The notes under the pieces were generated by a model that ran no database searches, was not told the DNA's origin, and worked only from the letters and a program-made list of their open reading frames with translations. A program made the position numbers and the translations under genes. A stretch of DNA of 64,000 nt from Blastocatellia bacterium (lineage in GTDB: Bacteria; Acidobacteriota; Blastocatellia; UBA7656), in the NCBI GenBank assembly GCA_963765495.1, contig CAVXWP010000007.1:288001-352000 (forward strand), in the 5' to 3' direction. This document shows, one piece after another, positions 18,028-28,029 of the stretch. Within the stretch, counting starts at the first letter, position 1, and every line of letters begins with the position of its first letter.

Positions 18028-19539
18028 ATGGAAGTAAGAGCAGAGAACGGGAAGTTTTACGATGTCGAAGCCGATGCGCTGGTAGTGACTATTTACGAAG
18101 GCGAGGGCATTGACGACGATGCATTGAAGGAGCTTGACGAGCGCACCGGAGGCATAGTTGGCGAACTGCTTGGAGGCGACGAAATGCGCGGCAAACAGGG
18201 TGATATGGTCTACCTGTACCGGCCCGGCCAGATTCGCCCTCATCGGCTGCTTCTGGTGGGAGCAGGCAAGCGTGAAGACTATTCATTCGACACTATACGC
18301 AAGGTGACGGGCTCTGCGGCCAGGTTTTTGCGCAGCAAGGGCGCGCATTCGATGGCCATTCTGCGCCGTTCGCAGCTTGACCTCAGCCGAAGCGCGCAGG
18401 CCGCCGTCGAGGGGGCGCTGATCGGGTTGTTCGAACCCGATATGTACAAGACTCAGCATAAGGAAGAGCGGCGCATAGACGAATTGATACTGGTCTCATC
18501 CGTAGGCGGCGCGGAGGATGAACTCGAACGCGGAGTCGAGTGCGGGCGCATTATTGGCGAAGCGGTCAACTTTGCGCGAGAGCTATCAAACGAGCCCAGT
18601 TCCGTCCTCACTCCTACCGAACTTGCAGAGCGCGCAAGAGAGACCGCGAATCGTTTCGGGCTCGATATAGATGTTCTGGATGAAGCGCGAATGAAGGAAC
18701 TCGGAATGGGAGCCTTGCTCGGTGTCGCGCGCGGGTCGGATGAACCGGCCAGAATGATCGTGCTGCGCTATGAGCCGGAAGAGACCGAGCCGATGGGAAA
18801 TGACGCCGATATTATAGCGATAGTCGGTAAAGGCGTAACCTTCGATTCGGGCGGCATCTCTATAAAGCCTTCCGAAGGCATGGAAAAGATGAAGTATGAT
18901 ATGTCGGGCGCGGCAGCCACGCTTGCCGCTATGCGCGCCATTGCCCAGCTTAAACCGCGCGTCAACGTAATAGGCATAATGCCCGCGAGCGAGAATATGC
19001 CGTCGGGCCGCGCCTACAAGCCGGGCGACGTGTTGCGGGCGCTGACCGGAAAGACTATAGAGGTGATAAATACCGATGCCGAAGGCCGGTTGTTACTGGC
19101 CGACGCGATTGGTTATGCCCGTCGTCTCGGCGCTACCCAGATAATCGATCTGGCTACTTTGACCGGGGCGTGCGCAATCGCGCTTGGCTCGATCAACGTA
19201 GCGATAATGGGCAACGATCAGGCTTTGATAGATGAATTGCGCGTGGCCGCGCGCGATGTGGGCGAGCGGTTATGGCAGTTGCCTATGGACGACGAGTACC
19301 GTGAGATGATCAAGAGCGAGATCGCCGACATCAAGAATTCAGCAGGCCGGTACGCGGGCACGATCACGGCGGGCTGGTTCCTGCGCGAGTTTGTCGAAGA
19401 CACTTCATGGGTTCACCTCGATATTGCAGGCACCGCGTGGGAGAACGAGCGCAAGTCTTACATGGCTAAAGGGCCGACCGGCGTAGCGATTCGCACCCTC
19501 ATAAATTACGTTTCCAACTACGCGGCAAAACAGGGATGA
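18028..19539 (+). CDS. pepA: Leucyl aminopeptidase (M17)
   Basis: VGKGVTFDSGG, MKYDMSGAA, NTDAEGRL, WVHLDIAG. Confidence 0.97.
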   Translation: MEVRAENGKFYDVEADALVVTIYEGEGIDDDALKELDERTGGIVGELLGGDEMRGKQGDMVYLYRPGQIRPHRLLLVGAGKREDYSFDTIRKVTGSAARFLRSKGAHSMAILRRSQLDLSRSAQAAVEGALIGLFEPDMYKTQHKEERRIDELILVSSVGGAEDELERGVECGRIIGEAVNFARELSNEPSSVLTPTELAERARETANRFGLDIDVLDEARMKELGMGALLGVARGSDEPARMIVLRYEPEETEPMGNDADIIAIVGKGVTFDSGGISIKPSEGMEKMKYDMSGAAATLAAMRAIAQLKPRVNVIGIMPASENMPSGRAYKPGDVLRALTGKTIEVINTDAEGRLLLADAIGYARRLGATQIIDLATLTGACAIALGSINVAIMGNDQALIDELRVAARDVGERLWQLPMDDEYREMIKSEIADIKNSAGRYAGTITAGWFLREFVEDTSWVHLDIAGTAWENERKSYMAKGPTGVAIRTLINYVSNYAAKQG

Positions 19540-19549
19540 GACTCAAAGG

Positions 19550-19708
19550 ATGAAAGACAGGGCCGGAGATGAAAGCGCGCAGGCAGACTCTCGCCGAAAA
19601 GATTTTCAATCTCCGGTTACTGCCTTTGCCTTCTCTCGCTCGCAGCAAACTGGCGCGCTCATATTGATGTTCTTGCTTGTGGCGCTCGTAATTTATCGCT
19701 TTTGCTGA
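19550..19708 (+). CDS. Putative 52-aa single-TM small protein (below the ORF-track cutoff)
   Basis: Hand translation MKDRAGDESAQADSRRKDFQSPVTAFAFSRSQQTGALILMFLLVALVIYRFC; starts 10 nt after the pepA stop. Confidence 0.55.
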   Translation: MKDRAGDESAQADSRRKDFQSPVTAFAFSRSQQTGALILMFLLVALVIYRFC

Positions 19709-19987
19709 TCGCGGGATTTGCCTTCTCTATGAGGCCGGAAAGAAGACTGCTCGATTATACTTTTCTGCTATCACACTCGCGGAGCCGCTGCCTCTTCGCA
19801 CTTGAGCGAAGTTCCCCATTTGATTGAGTAAAAAGGCTCTATCAGCGCCGTAGGTCGAGCATTTCGCTCAATCGAAATTGTCAGACTGGAAATCAAAGCA
19901 GGGCAAAGCCCCGAAAAACTCTCGAAAAAACCTTATTAGAAGAGATATTTTCAGGCGGCATCACGTCCAATCCAGGGCCACGGATTC

Positions 19988-20003
19988 CGGCACATTTGTT
20001 GCA
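19988..20003 (+). promoter_or_regulatory. Sigma-54 (-24/-12) promoter
   Basis: CGGCAC-ATTTG-TTGCA matches YGGCAC-N5-TTGCW with exact GG-N10-GC spacing. Confidence 0.75.
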
Positions 20004-20015
20004 CTTTGCCCTTTT

Positions 20016-21230
20016 ATGCAAGCAAGCAAAGACATAGCGGATAAGGTTGAGCCAGGATGCCCCGGCAGACATGTTATCGCGTCTTTCAAGGGCCTGGAGG
20101 CCGGACCGACCTTGATCATAGTCGGCAGTATTCACGGCAATGAGCCTGCCGGGAGCCTCGCCGCTCGCCGCCTGCTGCCTGAGCTTGAGCGTCGCAGGCA
20201 CCTGCTTCGCGGAGAATTGCTGTTTCTTGTGGGTAACACGCGAGCGCTCGCTCACCACACGCGCTACATCGATGTAGACCTGAACAGGCACTGGACGATT
20301 GAAAACGTCAGGACAAGACTGTCGGGGGGCGAGGAGGCTGTTAATCTTTCCGAAGACCTTGAACTAAGTGAGCTTCTTGAAGAGATCGTGCCTGCCCTCA
20401 ACCGCGCTCAGGGTGATGTTTACTTCGTAGACCTTCACACAACATCGGCGGGTGGAGTTCCCTTCGCCACGGTCGGAGACACGCTTCGCAATCGCGCCTT
20501 CGCTTTCAATTTTCCCATAACAATCGTGCTGGGCATCGAAGAACAGATTGATGGCACCCTGCTGGAATATCTGAACAACGTCGGAGCCGTGACTATGGGC
20601 TTTGAATCCGGTCAGCACGATCTTCCATCTTCGGTGGACAATCACGAAGCGTTGATCTGGATCGCGCTTGTCGCGTGTGGGGTGCTTGATCGCGAAGATG
20701 TGCCACAGTTTGATCAATATATAAAGGTTCTCAGGCGGGCGAGCAGTGGGGCGAACATCATCGAAATTCGCTACCGCCATGCCATCCGACCGGAAGAAGA
20801 TTTCAAGATGGAGCCAGGCTTTAAGAGTTTTCAACCTGTTCGTCGGGGGCAACTTCTGGCTCGGGATCGCAATGGCCCGATCAGGGCGCGCGAGACCGGG
20901 ATGGTTGTAATGCCTCTGTATCAGGCGCTCGGTGATGACGGATTCTTTCTCGGCAGAAAGGTAAAGGGGTTCTGGCTCGGGCTTTCGAGTCTTCTAAGGC
21001 GAATCCACATTGCCGATTATATGCACCTGTTGCCGGGTGTGCGGCGTCACGGCCAGTATGAAAGCACTCTGATAGTCAACACCCGGCTTGCGCGCCTGTT
21101 CCCTCTTCAGGTCTTTCACCTGCTCGGCTTTCGCAAGCGACGATGGTCGAAGGGAGTGCTTGAGGTCAGTCGCCGTCGTTATGATCTGGCTGGTCCAAAG
21201 AGGTTTGAAATTCGGATAGAACGAGAATGA
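20016..21230 (+). CDS. Succinylglutamate desuccinylase/aspartoacylase family (M14) metallohydrolase
   Basis: GSIHGNE, DLNR, DLHTT, FESGQH motifs. Confidence 0.88.
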   Translation: MQASKDIADKVEPGCPGRHVIASFKGLEAGPTLIIVGSIHGNEPAGSLAARRLLPELERRRHLLRGELLFLVGNTRALAHHTRYIDVDLNRHWTIENVRTRLSGGEEAVNLSEDLELSELLEEIVPALNRAQGDVYFVDLHTTSAGGVPFATVGDTLRNRAFAFNFPITIVLGIEEQIDGTLLEYLNNVGAVTMGFESGQHDLPSSVDNHEALIWIALVACGVLDREDVPQFDQYIKVLRRASSGANIIEIRYRHAIRPEEDFKMEPGFKSFQPVRRGQLLARDRNGPIRARETGMVVMPLYQALGDDGFFLGRKVKGFWLGLSSLLRRIHIADYMHLLPGVRRHGQYESTLIVNTRLARLFPLQVFHLLGFRKRRWSKGVLEVSRRRYDLAGPKRFEIRIERE

Positions 21231-21261
21231 AGCAGATTGAGATGGGTGAGAGACAGAAGAG

Positions 21262-21741
21262 TCAATTTTCGCGTCCGTCTCCCCATTCGAGCACTTCGGC
21301 CCGCACGCGCGCTTTGCCGCTGCTTATAAAATCCAGTTGTTCTGCAACCGAGCGCGACAGGTCAAGGATGATGCCGTTTTCCTGATCTTTTTTAGAAGGT
21401 CCGCGATCCACTATGCGAACTTCGACAGAGCGATCATTCTCAAGATTCGTTATTCTCAGGATAGTGCCCATAGGATAAGAAGGATGCGCCGCCACCAGTC
21501 CGGCCCTGTCAAACACCTCGCCGCTATAGGTTCGTTTGCCGTGAAATGAATCGCTCAAATACGAAGCCAGACCGGTTTGAGTCTCCTTTGCCATTCTCGG
21601 CGCAGGCGGCGCTTCGGCGCTCTTATTGGAATTATCGGCTACGGGGGCGGCTTCCGGCGATGCGCAACCTGTCAATACAGATAACAGGACCAGTATCGCA
21701 GGCACGAGGATTTTGTTCTGTTGGGGGTGCAATCCAAACAT
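21262..21741 (-). CDS. rlpA: RlpA-family (DPBB) lipoprotein lytic transglycosylase
   Basis: LTGC lipobox, GLASY...FHGKRT.SGE, AAHPSYPMGT, VRIVDRGP, LDLS. Confidence 0.88.
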   Translation of the reverse strand: MFGLHPQQNKILVPAILVLLSVLTGCASPEAAPVADNSNKSAEAPPAPRMAKETQTGLASYLSDSFHGKRTYSGEVFDRAGLVAAHPSYPMGTILRITNLENDRSVEVRIVDRGPSKKDQENGIILDLSRSVAEQLDFISSGKARVRAEVLEWGDGREN

Positions 21742-21806
21742 CACGCCTATTATGTATGAAATGTCTGTAAATGAGAAGCGCCGCGCGCTGGCACGGTCGT
21801 TTTTTT

Positions 21807-21877
21807 TGACAGGCTTAGACAGGATTAACAAGATTCTCTTTTAATCCTTAGAAATCTTGTTACTCCTGTCTAAGCCT
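21807..21877. repeat. Inverted 9-mer arrays (ACAGGATTA family)
   Basis: gacaggcttagacaggattaacaagatt ... aatcttgttactcctgtctaagcct. Confidence 0.8.
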
Positions 21878-21880
21878 TAC

Positions 21881-24800
21881 TTATCGAATAAGGAAGCTCA
21901 GGAAACGCGCGGCGCTCAACCTCAAACGAGCCATACGGGCGCGCATCGAGGCAAATAGGCTTCGCTCGCCCATCTCGGCAAAGAACGAATATGCCACGGG
22001 TGTGACGACAAGCGTAAGCACAAGACAAAGGCTCTGCCCTCCGATGATCGTAACCGCTATGGCGGAGCGTTGCGCTGACCCTGCGCCGATTCCTATCGCT
22101 GTCGGGATCAGTCCCGCGATGATCGATAGCGTAGTCATCAGGATGGGTCGCAGTCTGACGTGATTCGCCTGCAAGATCGCCTCTCGCAGAGGCACGCCCT
22201 GTTCGCGCAGTTTGTTTGTGTAATCAACCTGGAGTATGCCGTTCTTCTTCACAATCCCAAGGAGCAGCAACACGCCGAGCGCGCTCCACAAATTCAGAGT
22301 CCTGCCCGTCAGCCATAGCGACAAAAGCGCAAATGGAATCGAAAGCGGCAGACTCAGCATGATAGTAAACGGATGGAGGAAGCTTTCAAACTGAGCGGCA
22401 AGCACCATGTACATGAAGATCGAAGCGAGCAGAAACGCGATTATCAAATTCGTAGTCGTTTCATCGAGTATCTTGACCGAGCCTGTGAAGCGATATGTGT
22501 AGCCGGGCGGCAGTCCCACAGCTTTTATTTCGTTGGCGGCGGCGCGCGCAGCCGCATCAAGCGGGAAATCAGAGGCGTTATTGGCATTCACAGAGACCTG
22601 AAATTGCCGGTTGTATCGCTCGATGCGCGCGGGGCCGACGCCGGGTACTACCGAGGCAATGTTGTCGAGACGGACCTGCCCTATCTTTGTCGAGGGTATC
22701 ATCAACCGCGCCATAATCGTGGGGTCTTTCTGTTGTTCGGGCAGCAGTTGCATGGTTACATCGTATTGTTCGTCGCCTTCCTTGTAGGTCGATATCTGGT
22801 CTTCACCCGAAATCATCAACCGCACCGCCCCGGCTACGTCTGAGGCGCGGACTCCGAGGTCAGAGGCACGCTGGCGATCAATCTTGACCTGTAGCTCAGG
22901 GCTGTTGAGGCTCACACCCGGCTCGACATCGAGCAATCCCTTGACCTTGCGCATCTGATCGCCGACCTGTTTGGCAAGCTCGGCGGTCTTTTGAAAATCG
23001 GGCCCGAGGATCAATGCCCGCACAGGGAAATAAGTCTCGCCGCCGCCAAGCGCCGAAGGGATGACGATTTTGCTTCGCAGGTTCTGGTACTGAGAGGTTA
23101 TCTTGCGAATCTCATCGGCTATCTCAAGATTTGTCTGGTCGCGATTGGATACGTCCACGAGCCGGACGTAAACGTGCGAGTGGCTCGAAAGCCCCTCGTG
23201 AATAAACGGATTGACAAACTCTACGCCCGGAAGCTCTGCGACCTTGTTTGCAAGGTCTGTTGTCAGCTTCGATGTAGCGTCTATCGAATTGCCTTCGGGC
23301 AGGTTCAAAGAGACGGTAAGCTCGCTTTGATCGTCAGGCGGAATCCAGTCGCGGCCCACAAGGGCGTTGAGCGGAAAGGTGAGTGCAAACGTGGCGAGCG
23401 CCACAGCGACCACAACGGCGCGATGACTCAGAGACCAGTCGAGAATCCGCCCGTAAAGACGATCGATTCCAAAAAAGAAACTCGCTTCCTTTGACGTATG
23501 TTCGTGCGCCTCTGCCTTCTCGGGTTCTTCCTCTGTGCCCTTTTTGTGCGCTATGCGCTTGAGAAGCCGAGAACTGAGCATGGGCGTCAGCGTAAAGCTT
23601 ACAAGCATCGAGACCATAACCGAAAAGGCCATCGTCCAGCCAAATTGATTTACGTAACGGCGGGCATAGCCCGTCATGAAGGCGATTGGAACGAAGATGA
23701 TGACAAGCGATATGGTGGTTGCAACGACGGCGAGCGTGATCTCTTTAGTGGCCTCGATGGCCGCCTCCATCGGCGGATACTTTTTCTCTTCGATATAGCG
23801 AACTATGTTTTCAAGCACAACGATGGCGTCGTCAATCACTATGCCCACGGCCAGCGTCAACGCAAGCAGGGTCATATTGTTGAGCGTGAAATCCATTATC
23901 TTGAGCAGCGTGAAAGTGGCGATGATCGAAGTAGGGATAGCGACCGCCGAAATAAGAACCGACCGCAGGTTGCGGATAAAGAGCAGGACGACGAGCGCGG
24001 CCAGCAAACTTCCGAACAAGAGGTGTTCTTGCAGCGATGCGATGGATGCGTTTATAAAGACCGATTGATCGCGGATGATTCGAACCGTGACCCCCGGCGG
24101 CAGGGTCTTTTGAATCTCGGCCAGCCTGGTCTTTACGGCCTCGATTATCTTTACCGTGTTGGTTCCCGATTGCCTCCGCACGTCGAGCGAAACGGCCTGT
24201 TTGCCTTCGAGCATATTCCACGTCGTAGGCTCGGCAAAGCTATCCTCGACGCGCCCAATGTCGTTTATCCGAATCGGTGTGCCGTTGGCGTTTGTGACTA
24301 TCGTATCGCCAAACTGGCTGACTGCGTCTATGCGGCCAAGCGTCCGCACGCCAAGCTCGGAATCGCCCCGGACGATGCGCCCGCCGGGAACCTCCACGTT
24401 CTCGCTCTGTATGGCCTTCTCTACCTGATTGATCGTGATGCCGTAGGCATTGAGCTTTTCCGCGTCAACAAAGACGCGAATTTGCCGCTCACGACCGCCG
24501 TTGAGGCTCGCCTCGCCTACGCCGTCCACGGTCTCAAGGACGCGCTTTATCTGCTTGTCGGCAATCTCTGTGGTTTCGCGGAGGCTCTTATCGCTTGCGA
24601 TCACAAGCGATATCACGGGGTCGGCATCGGGGTCCGCCTTTTGAATGATCGGCGGCAGCAGGTTTGGAGGCAACTGGCGCAACGCGCCCGCGACCTTTTC
24701 TCTGACATCCTGCGCGGCGCTTTCGATGTCGCGTTCCAGCACGAATTTCAACGTCATGCGGGCCGAGCCTTCGAAGGTCATCGAACTCAACTCGTCAAGA

Positions 24801-25027
24801 CCGCTGATGGTGCTCACGGCCTCTTCGAGAGGGAGCACAACCTGCGTGGTCACCTCTTCGGGCGTAGCGCCGGGCAAACGCGCGTTTATGGTCACTGTGG
24901 CCGGGTCGGCCTTCGGGAAGAGGTCAACTCCGAGGTCGCGGAAAGAGAATATTCCGAGCACGACCAGAAAGCTGATCATCATAACGGCGAAAACAGGCCG
25001 CTTCACGCATACTTCCGCAATTGTCAT
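21881..25027 (-). CDS. RND efflux permease (AcrB/MdtC-like)
   Basis: 1048 aa; KRPVFA, GIVIDDAIVVLENI, GIVKKNGIL, RLRPILMT. Confidence 0.96.
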   Translation of the reverse strand: MTIAEVCVKRPVFAVMMISFLVVLGIFSFRDLGVDLFPKADPATVTINARLPGATPEEVTTQVVLPLEEAVSTISGLDELSSMTFEGSARMTLKFVLERDIESAAQDVREKVAGALRQLPPNLLPPIIQKADPDADPVISLVIASDKSLRETTEIADKQIKRVLETVDGVGEASLNGGRERQIRVFVDAEKLNAYGITINQVEKAIQSENVEVPGGRIVRGDSELGVRTLGRIDAVSQFGDTIVTNANGTPIRINDIGRVEDSFAEPTTWNMLEGKQAVSLDVRRQSGTNTVKIIEAVKTRLAEIQKTLPPGVTVRIIRDQSVFINASIASLQEHLLFGSLLAALVVLLFIRNLRSVLISAVAIPTSIIATFTLLKIMDFTLNNMTLLALTLAVGIVIDDAIVVLENIVRYIEEKKYPPMEAAIEATKEITLAVVATTISLVIIFVPIAFMTGYARRYVNQFGWTMAFSVMVSMLVSFTLTPMLSSRLLKRIAHKKGTEEEPEKAEAHEHTSKEASFFFGIDRLYGRILDWSLSHRAVVVAVALATFALTFPLNALVGRDWIPPDDQSELTVSLNLPEGNSIDATSKLTTDLANKVAELPGVEFVNPFIHEGLSSHSHVYVRLVDVSNRDQTNLEIADEIRKITSQYQNLRSKIVIPSALGGGETYFPVRALILGPDFQKTAELAKQVGDQMRKVKGLLDVEPGVSLNSPELQVKIDRQRASDLGVRASDVAGAVRLMISGEDQISTYKEGDEQYDVTMQLLPEQQKDPTIMARLMIPSTKIGQVRLDNIASVVPGVGPARIERYNRQFQVSVNANNASDFPLDAAARAAANEIKAVGLPPGYTYRFTGSVKILDETTTNLIIAFLLASIFMYMVLAAQFESFLHPFTIMLSLPLSIPFALLSLWLTGRTLNLWSALGVLLLLGIVKKNGILQVDYTNKLREQGVPLREAILQANHVRLRPILMTTLSIIAGLIPTAIGIGAGSAQRSAIAVTIIGGQSLCLVLTLVVTPVAYSFFAEMGERSLFASMRARMARLRLSAARFLSFLIR

Positions 25028-25051
25028 CTGCTTTACTCCGATGAGGCCGAG

Positions 25052-26287
25052 CTATGGAATCTCTTCGACCGCAGCGCCATCTTTCAATTCCTGTCCCGGT
25101 GTGGGGAGCGCCAGTCGCTCGCCTTCCCTGACGCCTTCGATTATCTCTACAAGATCGCCCGTCCGGCTTCCGAGTTTGACATCCCTCTCCTTGAGCGCAT
25201 TGCCCTCAATCACGTAGACCTTGTAGACGCCGTAGACATACTGTAACGCCTCTGCCGGAACGACCAGCGCGCTCTCCATCCTGTTTGACGGTATCGTCGA
25301 TTTGACGAAGAATCCCGGCTTGAGCAAGCCTTCGCGGTTTGCGATCAGGGCTTCGACTTCGAGCGAACGGGTCTGCTGGTCTACGGAAGGGTTTATCCGC
25401 GACACGGTTCCTGTGAAGGTGCGGTCCGGGTAGGCTTCTACCGAGACCGTGACGGGCTGGCCGGGGCGAACCCAGGCGGCCATCTTCTCGGGCACCTGTA
25501 ACCTGACGCGCAGAGGGTCGGCGTTGACTATGACCATCACGGAGGTCTGAACTTTCAGGTACTGACCCTGCGTCACCATTCGCTCTTTGATCTGACCCGC
25601 GAACGGCGCTCGGATCACCGAATCAGAGAGCTTCTTTTGGGCCAGCGCCATCGAGGCGCGATACTGAGCCAGTTGCGCCCGCAGATTTTCGACCCCCTGA
25701 ACCGCCAGGTCATAAGCGGCGCGAACGGCCTTGTATTTCGCTTCGGCCTCATCGAAATCCTGCCGGGGAAGCACACCCTGCTCGAAAAGCGACTTTGCGC
25801 GTTTGTATTTCTGCTCGGCGTCATTGAGATCGGCTGCGGCCTTCTTCACCTCGGCGGCCTCGCGCACATCCTTGATGTCTTCGCCGTTTGCGGGAAGTCC
25901 GAGCTTTGCGCGTGCCTGTCCCAGGGCTGCGCGTTGTTGTTCCAGGGTCAACTGTAGCTCGGCCGGAGAAACCTCCACTATCGGTTGGCCGCGAGAGACG
26001 CGGTCTCCGACATCGACCAGCACGCGCTCGACTCTGCCCTCCACTTCCGAACTGACAGTTACCTCGTCAAACGGAAAGAGCGAGCCGACTGATTCCACAT
26101 TTCGCTGGATCTGTTTTAACTCTACAGGAGCGACGCGGGCCTGGACGGCGACCTGTGCCGCCGTATTAACCTGCTTGCCTGAAACTTTGTTTGAGCAGGA
26201 GAGAGAACAGAAAATCACTACGGAAAAGAGCGAGGCCGCAAGGAGTCGAGTTGGCCAGTTCGCGCTCGGATTTTGAACATCTATCAT
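25052..26287 (-). CDS. RND periplasmic adaptor (membrane fusion protein)
   Basis: VEGRVERVLVDVGDRV lipoyl half, coiled coil, IRAPFAG, LKPGFF; LSC lipobox-like. Confidence 0.94.
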   Translation of the reverse strand: MIDVQNPSANWPTRLLAASLFSVVIFCSLSCSNKVSGKQVNTAAQVAVQARVAPVELKQIQRNVESVGSLFPFDEVTVSSEVEGRVERVLVDVGDRVSRGQPIVEVSPAELQLTLEQQRAALGQARAKLGLPANGEDIKDVREAAEVKKAAADLNDAEQKYKRAKSLFEQGVLPRQDFDEAEAKYKAVRAAYDLAVQGVENLRAQLAQYRASMALAQKKLSDSVIRAPFAGQIKERMVTQGQYLKVQTSVMVIVNADPLRVRLQVPEKMAAWVRPGQPVTVSVEAYPDRTFTGTVSRINPSVDQQTRSLEVEALIANREGLLKPGFFVKSTIPSNRMESALVVPAEALQYVYGVYKVYVIEGNALKERDVKLGSRTGDLVEIIEGVREGERLALPTPGQELKDGAAVEEIP

Positions 26288-26526
26288 TGCGATACCTTCC
26301 CAATAAGCACATTGGAGCATTCAAGGAATGAAAATCATACACCAAACAAGGTCTGATTCAGAAGCCTTCGACAAAATGCTATTACGGTGGAGCGGAATTG
26401 AGGGTTACAGCCAAGTTTGCTCTTTGAAATCGGGTCGTCAGAGGTCGGTGGAAATGAATTTGAAAGGGTGGGAAAAAGGCAATTTCGATTTTGCTAAAAT
26501 TGATTTGCCGGGCTTGTTAATCCGAC

Positions 26527-27222
26527 TCAGGAGATAGCCCTTGCGATGCCGAAGGCAGCGGCAGCGGCCACGCCTCCGATCAGCATGGTTTGCAGGGCGC
26601 TTTTCAAAGGGCGTGCGCCTGTGAATGTGCCTTTGATGTATCCGAAGACCAGAAGCGCCAGAAGCGTCACCGCGACTGAAAACATAAGCGCGCTTGTCGC
26701 GTTTGCCAAAATCATGTAAGGCAGCAGGGGGACAAAGCCTCCGGCGATGTATGAACCGCCGATGGTCGCCGCGCTTTTTAACGCTCTGCCGGGATCGGGT
26801 TTTTCAAGGCCAAGCTCGAATCTCATCATGAAATCGACCCACGCCTCGGGGCGAGAGGCAAGGGCCATAACGACAGGGGCGCTCTCTTCATCGGTCAGAC
26901 CGTAAGCCCGGAAGACATCGCGAACCTCGGCCTTTTCTTCCCCGGGTTTCTCTTTGACCTCAAGCCTCTCCCGCCTGCGCTCGCTTGCGTAATGCTCCGA
27001 GTCGCTTTTGGCCGCCAGATATCCGCCCAACCCCATTGCAATCGAGCCTGCGGCAATCTCAGCCAGGCCCGCGATGACGACTATGCCGGTTGAATCTACT
27101 GCGCCCGAAAGCCCCGCCGCGAGCGCAAACGGAACGGTCAACCCGTCGGACATGCCTATGACTATGTCTCTAACGACTTCCCCGGCTGTGAAGTGGTGTT
27201 CGATGTGGCGCGTTTGTGGCAA
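26527..27222 (-). CDS. VIT1/CCC1 Fe2+/Mn2+ transporter
   Basis: RDIVIGMSDGL, AGSIAMGLGGYLA, FMMRFELG. Confidence 0.95.
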   Translation of the reverse strand: MPQTRHIEHHFTAGEVVRDIVIGMSDGLTVPFALAAGLSGAVDSTGIVVIAGLAEIAAGSIAMGLGGYLAAKSDSEHYASERRRERLEVKEKPGEEKAEVRDVFRAYGLTDEESAPVVMALASRPEAWVDFMMRFELGLEKPDPGRALKSAATIGGSYIAGGFVPLLPYMILANATSALMFSVAVTLLALLVFGYIKGTFTGARPLKSALQTMLIGGVAAAAAFGIARAIS

Positions 27223-27238
27223 GAGGTTTCTCCTCGAT

Positions 27239-27937
27239 CTACTTCTGGTTGCTCCAGCCTTCGCCCGTTGCTCTTATTTCACGGTCAAAGACATCAGTAA
27301 AATGGGTTGTGACAACATTGGCGACCTCGCGCATATCGAGGCTTTGCCCAAGAAGTTTGGACAGTGAAGTGACGCCCTTATCGGTGATGCCGCACGGAAT
27401 GATCATTCGAAAGTAATTCAAATCGGTGTTGACGTTGAGAGCAAAGCCATGACTTGTGATCCATCGGGCTATCCTCACACCGATAGCGGCTACTTTTTCA
27501 TTGCCTACCCAGACTCCGGTCAGCCCCTTTATGCGCTCTGCTGTCACGCCGAAGTCGGCTATTGTGCGTATCAGCACCTCTTCGAGGTCGCGCACATAGC
27601 GATGCACATCGCACCTGTCCGGTTTTAGATTGATTATCGGATAACCGACAAGCTGCCCCGGCCCGTGATAAGTCACATCGCCGCCGCGACCAGTCTCGTG
27701 AACCTCTATCGAATTGAGTTGAAGCTGGTGGCTATCGGCAAGAATATTGGCGCGGCTGGCTCCGCGCCCGAGCGTGAATACGTGATTGTGTTCGAGCAGG
27801 AATAACTGTTCGGGGTCTTCGCCTGACCTGAGACGCTCGACGGCCTCCTGTTGCAACGCGAGCGCGTCGGCATAGCCAATCAGGCCAAGCATCATTGCAT
27901 TGCATACGCGACTGAATTCAGGTGTCTGTGAAACCAT
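27239..27937 (-). CDS. lipB: Lipoyl(octanoyl) transferase
   Basis: LEHNHVFTLG, RGGDVTYHGPGQLVGYPI, KVAAIG, HGFALN, PCGI; start uncertain. Confidence 0.96.
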   Translation of the reverse strand: MVSQTPEFSRVCNAMMLGLIGYADALALQQEAVERLRSGEDPEQLFLLEHNHVFTLGRGASRANILADSHQLQLNSIEVHETGRGGDVTYHGPGQLVGYPIINLKPDRCDVHRYVRDLEEVLIRTIADFGVTAERIKGLTGVWVGNEKVAAIGVRIARWITSHGFALNVNTDLNYFRMIIPCGITDKGVTSLSKLLGQSLDMREVANVVTTHFTDVFDREIRATGEGWSNQK

Positions 27938-27940
27938 AGA

Positions 27941-28023
27941 TGATGCGTGATTTGTGATGCGTGACTCTCGTGGAGATTGGCTGTCATCAATCATCTGGTA
28001 TTTTCACGCATCACGCATCACTC
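27941..28023. repeat. Inverted heptamer arrays (GTGATGC / GCATCAC)
   Basis: tgatgcgtgatttgtgatgcgtga ... tcacgcatcacgcatcac. Confidence 0.85.
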
Positions 28024-28029
28024 GTCGCT

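Noticed and set aside
21789-21805. TGGCACG as a sigma-54 promoter (also cggcatacattaagc near 48990)
   Set aside because: The first lacks the -12 GC and points into a convergent gene end; the second has AAGC instead of TTGC.
23498-25246. 582-aa + strand ORF, and similar long antisense ORFs (27961-29322, 29264-30490, 38210-39190, 46047-47030)
   Set aside because: They are shadows of well-supported opposite-strand genes in GC-rich DNA, with no motifs or RBS.
21881-26287. RND pump lacking an outer-membrane factor gene
   Set aside because: Common arrangement; TolC-like partners are often encoded elsewhere.
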